Shown piece by piece: positions 46,501 through 56,165 of a stretch of DNA of 61,465 bases (position 1 is the first letter of the stretch; each line of letters starts with the position of its first letter). The DNA is from an uncultured Verrucomicrobiota bacterium (GTDB lineage Bacteria; Verrucomicrobiota; Kiritimatiellia; RFP12; UBA3636). The stretch lies in assembly GCA_949285835.1 (NCBI GenBank), contig CASEAR010000099.1, positions 1 to 61,465 on the forward strand, in the 5' to 3' direction. Below the pieces are notes generated by a model. The model had not been told where the DNA came from. It did not search any database and worked only from the letters and a program-made list of their open reading frames with translations. The translations under genes were made by a program, and so were the position numbers.

Positions 46501-47402
46501 TGCCATTCCCCGTCTTTGTCTATGCGGATTTTTTTTTCATATCGCTGTCCTTCAGAAGAAAGTATCGACAGAAGGAAACCCGAAACATTATCTGTTTTTA
46601 CCGAAAATGACATATCCGAGACAAAAAACGGCTGATCCAACTGGCGGATTAAAGAAACCCACCCTCCGTATTCTGGGAACTTCAATTCTGCCAGAAGACA
46701 TCCGGGAGAACTGTCGCCATCTGCGGCATCCTGAAGCCAATTAACACGAACATCGACATCATTGTAAGGCCACCATCCGCACAGAGAACCATCAAAATCC
46801 CCCAGCGGCACAACAACGCCATGGGTAAACATATCTGCCGCCGCTGTTTTTTCGGCTACACAGACATTGTCTATATCCACCGAGGCTTCACTTTTGCCGG
46901 CATCAAGCGATTGTTTTTCTATCAACACCGAAATACCCGTCAATTCCCCATGCCACTGACCGTCATTTTTTCCACCCCATCGAGTTGGAGACGCAGGATT
47001 TTCCAAAACAACCTTCTGCCAGTTCCCATTGTCTTCGAGTTTTTTCTTGTGCTGGAAGGTTTGCCCGGAAGAATCTATGAGTCTGATAAGGACATAGGAA
47101 ACTCCGAGAGGTCTTACCCAAAGGGATATCGTACCCGGAACAAGTCTGAAATCCGGACTAAACTGCGCCGCAGTATATTTCCCGCCGGAACTAAAATCCG
47201 CACACAGTCTGAGAGAACAATTCCCCGAATGAGAAGAGCCTTTGTTCCATAAAACTCCGCCTGACGCGCCGCCGTATTCCGGCCCATTGCTGAAACGCCA
47301 TCCGTCGGTACCATCCTCGAATCCGTCCATGAATGAGGTCTCGGATGCACATATGCAATTCGCAGCTATACAAGTACATATGATCAGGATAAATTTCCAC
47401 AT
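43539..47402 (-). CDS. very large secreted multidomain glycoside hydrolase (clan GH-A-like core, CBM-like N-modules, CBM9-like C-module)
   Basis: 1287 aa with a signal peptide. VNVFEIWNEPN (NEP acid/base), VWATELGFG (candidate nucleophile). The C-terminal ...IYVAVCVKDDKH...YTMRMRIPWEAV... resembles family-9 carbohydrate-binding modules. Confidence 0.7.
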   Translation of the reverse strand: MWKFILIICTCIAANCICASETSFMDGFEDGTDGWRFSNGPEYGGASGGVLWNKGSSHSGNCSLRLCADFSSGGKYTAAQFSPDFRLVPGTISLWVRPLGVSYVLIRLIDSSGQTFQHKKKLEDNGNWQKVVLENPASPTRWGGKNDGQWHGELTGISVLIEKQSLDAGKSEASVDIDNVCVAEKTAAADMFTHGVVVPLGDFDGSLCGWWPYNDVDVRVNWLQDAADGDSSPGCLLAELKFPEYGGWVSLIRQLDQPFFVSDMSFSVKTDNVSGFLLSILSSEGQRYEKKIRIDKDGEWQKVNLSDIPFGNGIQDKNAKLFGAKVCFRISVTDDDLRNDSIRRASVRLDDASCIVAGNGVLYVPGSSIRAAKKVWARFDICKSPPIFWGEHERPGFIDLTYSNGSDVPIRVDKIELQDHALRTVAIIHEGGEKIDPGKKLEKRISFDLKKFGHYTIKTYVAGEPLTCRLAWIREEGKPDAGSRFGVQLHLAQGPWGRSQYVGGGAGLISLVRKLGAGWIREDIKGFFDNKDNLIGVNNTGFFGWDDSLLTENIGIIGNYVDYLGAQRAPSSPDARMRYSLRLRQLSKALAGKVNVFEIWNEPNISPGWRGKPNSEDYSKLLEDAFSSVKEVSPDSVILGIASCGTDFDYIRQVAASSDGRAPNMDAISVHPYHGVAPERGNPSANPPPVWMGTGGNLDFRSRMYAVKKIMSDAGFPDMDVWATELGFGGKNPDEEWRDTCRLIRQYMIGLSIPFLDVMVTYNMQDQGYDEEESSHMTFGLLKSDGSPEPRFVSYNTMCRALNGFCFSYAETLAGNVNAYVFTNKVQKTVMSVWTEGHAGTISLHTGDKEVRKIDLMGNVSNVKPIAGLVTFAVSGEPFFLEIDSPFEFSETHLLSASALRKEGTGGSVFPVSVFSAPEMQGSTISGVAGPGWNAVSVPEHRILFTANDSLKSGQYVLEAHIGDMSAAVSVNVDNSIPIKTSTRGDGSIAIDISNPFPFDREIDLGIRDWLSPTYGISPEKVKIPAFGSVTTNIVLKTRIDKFLVTTGKLSLNPVILDGKPGYLQYDGDDAAVSGALYWNNADRNFASYFFSEQNVIKRCFLGKEYQFVPIGKFSDNRWGGTSDLSGEFAVGSDSSNIYVAVCVKDDKHVQNFSSDEMWKGDSVQFAMVFDGIDYEFTAAVFPDGSAQVRRDRPPAANLNKSEQMPIACGSINDGEYTMRMRIPWEAVGQKPGSAPPSSFALIINDNDGQKPSIQDGRKGYLEWFGGIGGTDGKRPEKYGPVLIAEP

Positions 47403-47448
47403 GACGCAATTCCTATCTTCGTTTCGTGTTGGTCAAACGAATTCATTG

Positions 47449-48819
47449 TCAGCGTGTTTCTATCAGAGTTCCGACCCATGGCACATATTCTGCGTACAAT
47501 GCATGCCGGTCTTCCGACAATTTCAGACGCCAGTTTCGAGCCGAAACATCATTCAGCAGCACATTTGGATTTGACGGAATAAACATTTCGCCGGAATTTG
47601 CAGCGCACTCCGCTATAATAAATTGCTGACCGGCAATGGCTGTTGCCCCGGACAGATCGAATTTCATTGAACGCGCATCGAAAACTCCAGAAAATAACAG
47701 CGGAGAGACGTCCTCTAACAACATGGCGTCGGTAAAGATAATTTCCCCAGAACCAGTTATGCAGGAGTTTGTACTCCTTCCGTACAGCAGCGTATCCCTT
47801 ATGGTGCCATTGATTGAAAGGCAAATACTTCCATTTACTTCTATTTGACCGTCTATAGATATTCTGCCGGAATGATTTAAATCAGTATGCCCGCCGAAAC
47901 ATACAAGACCAGAACCGAGCAATCTGACTTTTGATGACACTTCCGTCTCTCCAGAAACTATAGATGTAGTCATCTCTCTAGGAATAAATCCATTTTGAAA
48001 AACAATTTGTCCGCTTCCCGCAGAAACAGTTATATCCGCCTGCTGACCGCCCCTTACAGCATTGTATCCATTCGTCCCGTTAAAAGTTATGTCTCCTCCC
48101 CCTGCAATAGTTACTCCTCCTCTCCAGAACCACAGATCTGCTGAATATTCAACCGAAGATGTACCGCAATACAACTCGGTACCCGCGCCGGAGATTCTGA
48201 CAAAGGTCTTTCCCAAAGAACCGCCTGTGAGGGCGCTTACTTTTCCTTTCGCAAGATCTATAAATCCAAAATTATTGTGCGGGGAAGAAAGAATCAGTTC
48301 TCCATTTCCTTTTTTCCCGATGTTGCGCACCATATCTGACGCTGTTATCGGACCGTTTATTGTCACGGTACCATTCATTATGTCAAATGTCGGTTTATTC
48401 TTAAGAATATTTACGCCGCAATCAAAAAAAACAGTTCCATAGAAATTCGTAGAGGTATCTATGCCGTCACCGGACGTTAAAGACAAAATATGTCCTGAAC
48501 CTTCAAAATCCCATTTCTTATTGTGATCCTCGGAGTCTCCTTCAAAAAGTATTCCGCGAACACTGCAATCAGATGAAATAATCGGCTGATCATCTGTTCC
48601 GCCGCGAAAGACCGCAGTATCCGAGGAACCCGGAATTGCACTTCCAATCCAATTCGCGGAAAGCATGTATCCATCTCCATTTCCGCCGCGCCAGATGATG
48701 CTTTCCGCCAGACAAGGCGCAGCTGTTGCTGAGCAAAGCGTTGTCGTAAAAACCACAAAAAAAAGCAATTTTATTTCATGCCGCCGTAAAACTTTGCCTG
48801 TTTTTACCCACATTTGCAC
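47449..48819 (-). CDS. secreted PATR beta-strand repeat protein, no barrel domain
   Basis: 456 aa with a signal-like N-terminus. IIWRGGNGDGYMLSANWIGSAIPGSSDTAVF plus repeated G-x-G strand motifs. The protein ends ...VGTLIETR. Confidence 0.7.
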   Translation of the reverse strand: MQMWVKTGKVLRRHEIKLLFFVVFTTTLCSATAAPCLAESIIWRGGNGDGYMLSANWIGSAIPGSSDTAVFRGGTDDQPIISSDCSVRGILFEGDSEDHNKKWDFEGSGHILSLTSGDGIDTSTNFYGTVFFDCGVNILKNKPTFDIMNGTVTINGPITASDMVRNIGKKGNGELILSSPHNNFGFIDLAKGKVSALTGGSLGKTFVRISGAGTELYCGTSSVEYSADLWFWRGGVTIAGGGDITFNGTNGYNAVRGGQQADITVSAGSGQIVFQNGFIPREMTTSIVSGETEVSSKVRLLGSGLVCFGGHTDLNHSGRISIDGQIEVNGSICLSINGTIRDTLLYGRSTNSCITGSGEIIFTDAMLLEDVSPLLFSGVFDARSMKFDLSGATAIAGQQFIIAECAANSGEMFIPSNPNVLLNDVSARNWRLKLSEDRHALYAEYVPWVGTLIETR

Positions 48820-48831
48820 ACCTCCTTCGTC

Positions 48832-49866
48832 TTATTTTTGTACAAGAGTATCGCCAGAAACGTACTCGTATTCAATCTTCACACTTCCGCATTTTTCTTT
48901 GTTTTCTATTTTACTCACAAGTATGTCAACGGCCTTTCGACCCCATTCCCCGCATCGAACAAGCATGGTGTCTATCATTGGGCCAAAGGCATTCGCCACC
49001 ACATCATGAAACACGACAAACGAAAGATTTTCCGGCACTTTGATGCCTGTTGAAAATGCATCATGCAAGAGAGGATATGCAATATCTACGGAATCAGCGA
49101 TGACGCACTCCGGAAGACTGCGTGATCTGAGAAAGGCAAGCCTGATTTTTTCTCTCTCATTAGGAAGCTGACGTTCTACAATTCTGTGTTCGCCAGGCAA
49201 CATCAGTATCCGAGGTTTTACTCCGGCCGCATCGACAGCTCTGCAATATCCTTTTTCTCTGGCTTCGCGTACTGCAGATGTTGTCCAATTGTCCTGAATA
49301 TATGCCGGAGATCTAATCCCTCTGGAAAGAACTTCGCAGGTCGCTCTGTATGCAGCGCCTTCTTCATCTGGAAAAATGCTGTCAATATGGTCATGCTGCC
49401 CAATACAGACGGTGGGATAACCTAGAGACGAAACATAATCCGCAAGAATTCCGGAATCGCCTGTTCCGTTGAAAATCAAAAATCCGTCCGCCCATGATTC
49501 CCGCAAAAAAACCGGCATTTCTCCGCCTTTGCACTCATTCGCCCGTACCGCACTGAATGCCGTAAGCAAGCCCAGTTCCCGTGAGCGGCTTTCTATTCCG
49601 TTCAAAAGTCCAACCGGCATTTGTCCCAGTCCGACATTGCAACCGGTTTCCAACAAAGCGATCATTCCAAATCTTCCGGAAGCGGTAGCGCGCGCCGCAC
49701 GATTCGGACGGTATCCCAGTTCCCTGGCTACGGACCTGACCCTACTTGCACATTCATCGGAAATTCCTATATCTGCATATTTACCGTTCAGCACTTTTGA
49801 AACAGTTGTAACTGAAACAGATGCCTTAACTGCAATATCACGCAAAACAACCATTGACACCCCCAT
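48832..49866 (-). CDS. LacI family transcriptional regulator
   Basis: HTH VVLRDIAVKASVSVTTVSKVLNG; 344 aa. Confidence 0.9.
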   Translation of the reverse strand: MGVSMVVLRDIAVKASVSVTTVSKVLNGKYADIGISDECASRVRSVARELGYRPNRAARATASGRFGMIALLETGCNVGLGQMPVGLLNGIESRSRELGLLTAFSAVRANECKGGEMPVFLRESWADGFLIFNGTGDSGILADYVSSLGYPTVCIGQHDHIDSIFPDEEGAAYRATCEVLSRGIRSPAYIQDNWTTSAVREAREKGYCRAVDAAGVKPRILMLPGEHRIVERQLPNEREKIRLAFLRSRSLPECVIADSVDIAYPLLHDAFSTGIKVPENLSFVVFHDVVANAFGPMIDTMLVRCGEWGRKAVDILVSKIENKEKCGSVKIEYEYVSGDTLVQK

Positions 49867-49882
49867 TCTCCAGATATCTTAG

Positions 49883-49918
49883 CTTAAACGTTAAAGTAAA
49901 ATACCTAAATCGTTTTAG
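49883..49918. promoter_or_regulatory. two CG-centred 14-bp near-palindromes (CTTAAACGTTAAAG at 49883-49896; CTAAATCGTTTTAG at 49905-49918), candidate LacI operators
   Basis: Each has 6 of 7 complementary pairs. They lie 17-52 nt upstream of the LacI ATG, between it and repeat copy 3. Confidence 0.45.
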
Positions 49919-49941
49919 TATGTCAAGACACATGATATTAA

Positions 49942-50034
49942 TCAAGGAAACAGAAAGCTCCAGAATGTAACGTCCATACCCAAAAGAAGGACAGTCACCA
50001 TGAAAAGAAACGCCCAAAAGAGGTGCATTCCCAT
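49942..50034 (-). CDS. candidate micro-ORF in repeat copy 3: MGMHLFWAFLFMVTVLLLGMDVTFWSFLFP (30 aa)
   Basis: Hand translation; too short for the ORF track. It ends 75 nt upstream of the LacI ATG on the same strand. Confidence 0.35.
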   Translation of the reverse strand: MGMHLFWAFLFMVTVLLLGMDVTFWSFLFP

Positions 50035-50225
50035 TGCCGTCGTGCAGACAGATTTTTTTCGGCGAACAGTGATGTTACGCTTTCTGCGGAACAGAAACTC
50101 CCTGCGAAATCCACGCAGAATGAAACATCATGGGAAAGCACACCAGATATTCTCATCCCCGGGCATATCTTAAGTTTGAAGACCGCAGGCGTCTGGAGAG
50201 GGCATTGAAGGCTCAGGACAAAGCA
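49942..50225 (-). repeat. intergenic repeat family, copy 3 (core plus the extended arm shared with copy 1)
   Basis: By-eye alignment of 49959-50225 with 6067-6385. Confidence 0.8.
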
Positions 50226-50359
50226 CCGAATCACTACAGAGTCAGACAAACGTTTCTCTTGCAGTTCCGGGCTTGCTTCAACGGGATTTTCTGCGCAGCA
50301 GCGCGCAAGGCGCATGAGGACGTCATACGCCTTGTGCCGGAATGCCGTTTTGCATCCTC

Positions 50360-52861
50360 CTATGCGGACGGTATGGCCTCAGCAGTGCCGTTTTCGTCTA
50401 TTGTAAATGTCCTCACGGCAAATGCAGGAATGCGTCCGAGACTGACCGTCCGTCCCATAATTCTTGCTTTCGCGGACGCCGCGCTTTTCCCGCTCGTTTC
50501 CCTTATCCGCAAAAGTATTTTATTCCCGCAATTACGTACGGAAAGAGCAGTGAGGGATGCAGGTGACAACGCCGCAACCGAGCCCTTTCGCGGCAGGTTT
50601 CCATCGGAAGGAACAACGACAAAAGCTTCGCAGGGGCACTCCAGCTCGCAAGCCGCTCGCGGCAGATCGACACCGGCGTCCGAAGTAAAAGCCAACTTGA
50701 AATTCATACGTCCGGAATCTATCGGATGGTTCCACTTAAGCACATTTGGATCGCCGCCGCCATCGCCCCCATGTGCATACAGGCATGCCCTTGCCAGAGT
50801 GACGGCAAAGCGCCCGTGTCCCAAATTAAAGCAGTAGTGCGAATCGGAAGCTACACCAAGCACCCGTTTTCCCTTCGTCAGGACATCGGCCCAGCGTCCG
50901 CCCGGCACCTCACCTTCGCATCCTCTTTCGACCGCACCCCCGGTTACATCGTAGACGGCGCGTTCCGCTTCGACAGGAAATTCCATCTTGATGCGCGTGT
51001 GCCTCTCGTCTGCAAAGAGGCTCCCGGAAATTTCGACGATCTCCGGCTCTGCGGAATTCAACCTGACCGCCAGATCTATTCTGGACTTGCCGCATTCCAT
51101 TCGCACGTTCAGCACGGCGGAGACGGGGCCGCGTGCGACAGCCGCAGCGTCGGTGACGCGCCACTCGCCTGTTGTCTGCTGCAGATCCGCAAAAGACGGA
51201 ATTCCGTCCGAACCGCCCCAGGAGCCCGCGTCGTCCGCCACGGTGCGCAGCGAGAATCCTCCTTTGAAAATGTGCTTACGTCGCTTTTTGTCGTAAACAT
51301 CAATACCGCGGCAGTCACCGCGTACCGACACAACATATCTGGAATTGCCTATTGCCGGGCATTTCCCGCCGCGTCCGTACACATCCCCTCCGGCGCGGCA
51401 GTCCTGCACTTTTTTTGCGCCCTCATCCGCACCAAATTCCAACAGCGTCCACCCCAGCGCGGGGATAGAAACATTTACTGCCGCACGCATACGCCACGGA
51501 GACTCCCAGTTGACAAGCTCTTCCGGCCGCATCCGCTGGAAATCGCATCTGGTTCCATCTGAATTGCGTAGAATGAGAGGAACGGAATCAAAGCTTTTAT
51601 ATTTATCAAGAGGCCGGGCATCCAGTTCGGATTCCAGTTCGATACATTTCCGCACCGGCCAAGGGTTCGGATTCCATACCAAATGCACAAGAGTGCCCGG
51701 TTCAAAAAGACCCGGTTCATGATAGCGGCGTGTGTCTATTCTTGAAGAAAGCTTCCACAAAGCCTTTCTCAACCTGTCAGAATACGAATGGGCAGAACCG
51801 TGAAGCCAATCAAACTGGTTGCGGAAGGCGGATTCCACGGCCGATCCCGGGAGCAGGTCGTGAAATGCGCCGAACAAGACGCCGTCATCCGCATCGCCGC
51901 CCGTCTCATCACGCGCGGACGCCGCGACGCCGGACGCCGTCGCGCATACCTCCGCGGCCTCCGCAGAGAACCTCAGCGCTTCACAACGCCGGAACAAAGC
52001 CTTGTACGCACCCGCCGAGGCATAACATCCCCTGAGCGTGTAATTCAGCTCCCCGCAAAACTCTGGCATAAGAGTTCCGCCTGCCGCCGCATTTTCTTCA
52101 CGAACAGCCTCAATCAAAGCGTTCATCGATGACCATTTGACGACCACTTCCGGATGCCTTTCCGCCCACTCCATCGTATCAAGAATCTGCCTCCTCACCG
52201 GCCCACCGCCATGATCGCCCAAACCGGCAAAAACCCCGACATTTGAAAAAGCAGATTTCCCGGCGTATTCGAGCGTGGCGTCAAGCCGCGCCTGCGTTTC
52301 AGATCTGCCGGTGCCGTACCAGCCCACACCGATTCTGTATCCGTCAATCACAGCCCCGGAGCAGCCCTTCCATTTGAAGGCAGGCTCGCTCAAATGAATA
52401 AGCTCTTCCTGAGGCCGCCAGAAAAAAAAGGCGTCCATGCCGCACTGCGTAAGAATCTCGGGCATGCCTGCGCTGTGCCCAAATGAATCCGCAAACCATG
52501 CCACGTGCGGAATTACACCGAATTTATCGCGGAAATACGACTTCCCCTTTTCAAATTCGCGGATCATTGTTTCCGTGCCTGTGAGGTTTGTATCGGCCTG
52601 TACATAAGTCCCCCCCACGATCTCCCACCGGCCCTCTTCAACCCGCTTTTTTATCTGAGAGAAAATGTCGGGAGCAAAATCTTCCATATGCTTGTAGATA
52701 GAGGTTTCACCGCGGGTAAACGTAAGCTGAGGAAATTCCTCCATTAGCTTGAGCACCGACATGCACGTTGCCACACCTTCTGTAAGGCCCTCGTACCTGT
52801 CCCAGAGCCATACCGGATCAAGGTGCGCATTAGAAATTATGTGGAACACTTTTTCCTTCAT
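50360..52861 (-). CDS. GH38 alpha-mannosidase, cytoplasmic
   Basis: Start trimmed to MKEKVFHIISNAHLDPVWLW. GGTYVQADTNLTGTETMIREF and WFADSFGHS are GH38 N-domain motifs. Confidence 0.85.
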   Translation of the reverse strand: MKEKVFHIISNAHLDPVWLWDRYEGLTEGVATCMSVLKLMEEFPQLTFTRGETSIYKHMEDFAPDIFSQIKKRVEEGRWEIVGGTYVQADTNLTGTETMIREFEKGKSYFRDKFGVIPHVAWFADSFGHSAGMPEILTQCGMDAFFFWRPQEELIHLSEPAFKWKGCSGAVIDGYRIGVGWYGTGRSETQARLDATLEYAGKSAFSNVGVFAGLGDHGGGPVRRQILDTMEWAERHPEVVVKWSSMNALIEAVREENAAAGGTLMPEFCGELNYTLRGCYASAGAYKALFRRCEALRFSAEAAEVCATASGVAASARDETGGDADDGVLFGAFHDLLPGSAVESAFRNQFDWLHGSAHSYSDRLRKALWKLSSRIDTRRYHEPGLFEPGTLVHLVWNPNPWPVRKCIELESELDARPLDKYKSFDSVPLILRNSDGTRCDFQRMRPEELVNWESPWRMRAAVNVSIPALGWTLLEFGADEGAKKVQDCRAGGDVYGRGGKCPAIGNSRYVVSVRGDCRGIDVYDKKRRKHIFKGGFSLRTVADDAGSWGGSDGIPSFADLQQTTGEWRVTDAAAVARGPVSAVLNVRMECGKSRIDLAVRLNSAEPEIVEISGSLFADERHTRIKMEFPVEAERAVYDVTGGAVERGCEGEVPGGRWADVLTKGKRVLGVASDSHYCFNLGHGRFAVTLARACLYAHGGDGGGDPNVLKWNHPIDSGRMNFKLAFTSDAGVDLPRAACELECPCEAFVVVPSDGNLPRKGSVAALSPASLTALSVRNCGNKILLRIRETSGKSAASAKARIMGRTVSLGRIPAFAVRTFTIDENGTAEAIPSA

Positions 52862-52922
52862 TTTCTTATCTCCCAGCCGGCAGAACAAAACAGCACCGGG
52901 AACCAGCCCCCGAGCATCCAAT

Positions 52923-52939
52923 TGTTACAGAGAGTAACA
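52923..52939. promoter_or_regulatory. inverted repeat TGTTAC-AGAGA-GTAACA upstream of the GH38 gene
   Basis: Read directly from the sequence, about 60 nt upstream of the trimmed ATG. The function is unknown. Confidence 0.3.
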
Positions 52940-53463
52940 CATGGAACTAAAATTTGCACACAAATATTCAGATATTCCATTTTTCGCCCATTTTACGGGA
53001 TGACGGAAAGTTTTTTACGCCAGATTCCCCGAAGGCGTCGTGGATGCCCGAACACCTTGGGAAGAGGCGCATCTGAAAAGCTCCGCGCCTTACGCGTTCC
53101 TGTTCCGCTCAAGGCTGGAAACGACGTCAAATCCAGCGCCTCAATGGATGTCTCCGCATTCAGGCGGACAACATGTCAAAGCGCCGGCATGTGTATCACA
53201 TTCAGCCTCCGCTGACTTTAACGGAATCTGCCGCTCTCCAGCGCCCGGTACATACATATGTGCTTTCATTTGCCGCACTGCCCGAATCTGCGGAGCTCAC
53301 CCGGCATGCTGTGCGGCGGCGAGCCGCTCAGGGAAACCCGTCATAGCTCTCGACACCGCCGATGCCTACAGACAACGCTTTTTCCCTCGGGAGACGTAGC
53401 CCCGCAATCCGCATTTCTTTCCTGACTGGCGTCATCCGTCCGTATGTTTTTCCAGCCCGGCGA

Positions 53464-54498
53464 TCACCCGATTGTGGAAGCACGGGGAACGACTACCGGG
53501 TCCAATTCTTCATTTTCCGGCTCGCCGCCTTCGCCTATTTTATCGAGCAGCCGTATCGCCCTCGCCCCCCTTTCCTGATCCCTTCCGGATATGGAAGACA
53601 GGGGAACCATGGTAAATCTGCACAGAGGCGAATCATCTATGCCCAGCACGCGTACATTTTCCGGAATCCTTATCCCGGCCGCAAGCATGGCATTCATCAT
53701 CAGGACGGCGGCGGAATCAGATTCAGCCGCAATGCCGTCATACTTCATTTTCGAAAGCAGAGGAGCAGCCATACGTACAGACGCCTCTTCGGAATCAAAA
53801 GAACCTATTTCATATATCTGGCTGCCGCCGAAATGCAATCCCGCCTCCGCCATCATGCGCCGAAAACCGGACAGCCTCAGATGTCCATCCGCTTCATTCA
53901 CATGAAAAAATAAAGGCCTACGGCATCCGCATTCAATTAGATGTCTTGCAGCGCAATACCCAACCTGTTCCTGCGAAACCCCGGAATTGGGAATACATGT
54001 CGAAATCGGATTGCTGAAAGCGGTCGCAACCGGCAGTCCGTTTTCAATCACCGCTTCAAGCATCGGCCGGATGTCAAAATACGGAAACCCTCCGACAACT
54101 GCGCCGTCTGTGACGGCACGGACGGCGGCGGGCATGCAGTTCGCACGAAAATCTTCCTCATCATGAAAAAATTGAAGCAGCATTCTTCTATTCGTTTTAG
54201 AGAGTTCCGACACCACGCCGTCTATAAATTTTCCAGTAAGGTCGCTTTCCGGGTGCCCGTGGCGGGAAACAAATACTGCGACCGTATTCTGTCTGCCGGA
54301 AAACAGTGCCTTTGCAGATGCATTGGGGACATATCCGCGTAATTTTGCGACACTTTTTATGCGCTCCGCCAATGCGGGCCGAACCGTGCTGTTGCCCATC
54401 CGCCCGCACAACACTTTGGAGACAAGCGAACACGATACGCCGACTTCAGATGCAATATCGCAAATTCGCACAATTTTCTTTTGCTTCATACCATTCAT
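53464..54498 (-). CDS. LacI family transcriptional regulator
   Basis: HTH IVRICDIASEVGVSCSLVSKVL; 344 aa. Confidence 0.9.
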   Translation of the reverse strand: MNGMKQKKIVRICDIASEVGVSCSLVSKVLCGRMGNSTVRPALAERIKSVAKLRGYVPNASAKALFSGRQNTVAVFVSRHGHPESDLTGKFIDGVVSELSKTNRRMLLQFFHDEEDFRANCMPAAVRAVTDGAVVGGFPYFDIRPMLEAVIENGLPVATAFSNPISTCIPNSGVSQEQVGYCAARHLIECGCRRPLFFHVNEADGHLRLSGFRRMMAEAGLHFGGSQIYEIGSFDSEEASVRMAAPLLSKMKYDGIAAESDSAAVLMMNAMLAAGIRIPENVRVLGIDDSPLCRFTMVPLSSISGRDQERGARAIRLLDKIGEGGEPENEELDPVVVPRASTIG

Positions 54499-54505
54499 CC
54501 CAACA

Positions 54506-54519
54506 GGAACATTCCGTCA
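54506..54519. promoter_or_regulatory. GGAACATTCCGTCA, a half-match to the 42329 palindrome (GGAACGTTCCGTCA), just upstream of the LacI ATG
   Basis: 13 of 14 positions are identical to the right part of TTGACGGAACGTTCCGTCAA. Only the inner GGAA-N2-TTCC is dyad-symmetric here. Confidence 0.35.
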
Positions 54520-55013
54520 CTCTACCAAAACAATGCGCAGCCGTCTAACACTATATGAAATCTTGAACCCGCAGAAACAGATTCTCGCGACGCCAATGCC
54601 GTCTCCCGTCACCCTTCCCGGCACCGTATCCCCGCCAAGTCTTCACGATAAGTTTCATCCCAAACTGTTCGCTGTCCGCAGATCTCTCCGCAAGGTCGTT
54701 CCCGTGCCAAATTTATTTGCCCCTGCCCGGATCTGTCCAACTCCCAACTGGCCCGAACCCGATGCATCTATACCATTTCCTGCCGGCCTTTTTCAGTAGA
54801 CCCGCCGACAGGTTCCAGAAATATCCCATGCAAACGGCCTCACCCGCGGACTGTTCTGATTGACCGCAAACAAGACTGACAGGTTAAACCATGTGACATT
54901 ATTTCTCAAATAAAATTTCTGTTGAAAAGAAACAAATCAAACGGTATACTCAACGCGTAATATGAGTTTGGGGTTGTATTTTGCGGCGAAACATTCAGAA
55001 CAGGAGAATGACT

Positions 55014-56165
55014 ATGAAGAACCCTTTTTGTTCGAAAGCATTTATTTTCGCTATTGCCTTGTCTGCCGCGGCGCACGCGGCGGCAGACCAAACCTTCAGC
55101 CAGTCAAATTTGATGTATGTATCAGCGGGCAATCCCGACTCCGCATTCCCGTATTCCTCGCCGGATACGGCGGCTCCTGATATTGAGACAGCCGTAAGCG
55201 CAGCCGGGGACGGAACGGTTATAAGTGTGGGCGAAGGCATATATCCGGTGTCCACTCCTCTGCTCCTGACGAACGCCATCCATATAATTGGCGAAGGTAT
55301 CGATCCATCGCGCGTTATGGTCTCAAACATCTATGAGGCAAACCAAATAATCGGGAACCGCAGAGTTTTCACTCTCTCGAATAAAGATGCTCTGGTGGCG
55401 AACCTGACAATCGCATCCGGCGACCTGAAGGCTTACGGAGAAAAAGGATCATGCTTCAACATAACTTCCGAAGGAGGGATGGTCTCCAACTGCATTGTTA
55501 CCGCAGGAAGCTGCAACAGCGTCGGGAATTCATCAAGTGCCGGAGGACATCTTGACGGCGGCATGGTTACGCACACACTTTTTTTCGGAAACAGGTCTCT
55601 CTCCAGTACTCCGGCATGGGACGAAATACGCGCGGGGGTGTTGAGCATGGCAGGGACCGCCAGGGCTGAAAACTGCCTGTTCAGGGATAATGGACACCCC
55701 AAAGAACTTGTTACGCTGGTTAAGGCCGACGGCTCCTCATGCCTGAGGAATTGCACGATTATAAACTCTGTGTTGTCCAATACCAATGCTGAAAAATATG
55801 TAGTCTCTCCGGTGTGGGTCGGCTCCGGCGCCACTGTGGAGAATGTGGTAATAGCCGGCGTCACAAACGATCAGGGAGAACCATTGAAACCGGCGGGCAC
55901 GGTTTCAAGGATGAGCCATTGCGCAACCGACACCGAAGAAAAAGTAAATCCCGACTGTTTTACAGGTTCCGTTACAAACTTTTTCTGCAATTACGCAATG
56001 GGTGATTTCCGCCCGGCTCCGTATTCAGTGCTGGTTGACAACGGCGTGGACTACTCGCCAATGCCGCTTTACGATTTCTCCGGAAAACAGCCGCGCAAAA
56101 TCGGCAGAGTGGACATTGGATGCTACGAAGCCAACTCTCCGGCTTTTCTGTTCTTTGTGAAGTAA
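55014..56165 (+). CDS. secreted right-handed beta-helix protein (choice-of-anchor-Q-like end ...VDIGCYE)
   Basis: Start trimmed to MKNPFCSKAFIFAIALSAAAHAADQ, with an AGGAG Shine-Dalgarno 7 nt upstream. AAGDGTVISVGEGIYPV is present. The protein ends ...SPAFLFFVK. Confidence 0.7.
   Translation: MKNPFCSKAFIFAIALSAAAHAAADQTFSQSNLMYVSAGNPDSAFPYSSPDTAAPDIETAVSAAGDGTVISVGEGIYPVSTPLLLTNAIHIIGEGIDPSRVMVSNIYEANQIIGNRRVFTLSNKDALVANLTIASGDLKAYGEKGSCFNITSEGGMVSNCIVTAGSCNSVGNSSSAGGHLDGGMVTHTLFFGNRSLSSTPAWDEIRAGVLSMAGTARAENCLFRDNGHPKELVTLVKADGSSCLRNCTIINSVLSNTNAEKYVVSPVWVGSGATVENVVIAGVTNDQGEPLKPAGTVSRMSHCATDTEEKVNPDCFTGSVTNFFCNYAMGDFRPAPYSVLVDNGVDYSPMPLYDFSGKQPRKIGRVDIGCYEANSPAFLFFVK

Noticed and set aside
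50130-51562. Plus-strand ORFs 50130-50837 (235 aa) and 50726-51562 (278 aa).
   Set aside because: They are antisense to the GH38 gene, which has clear family motifs.
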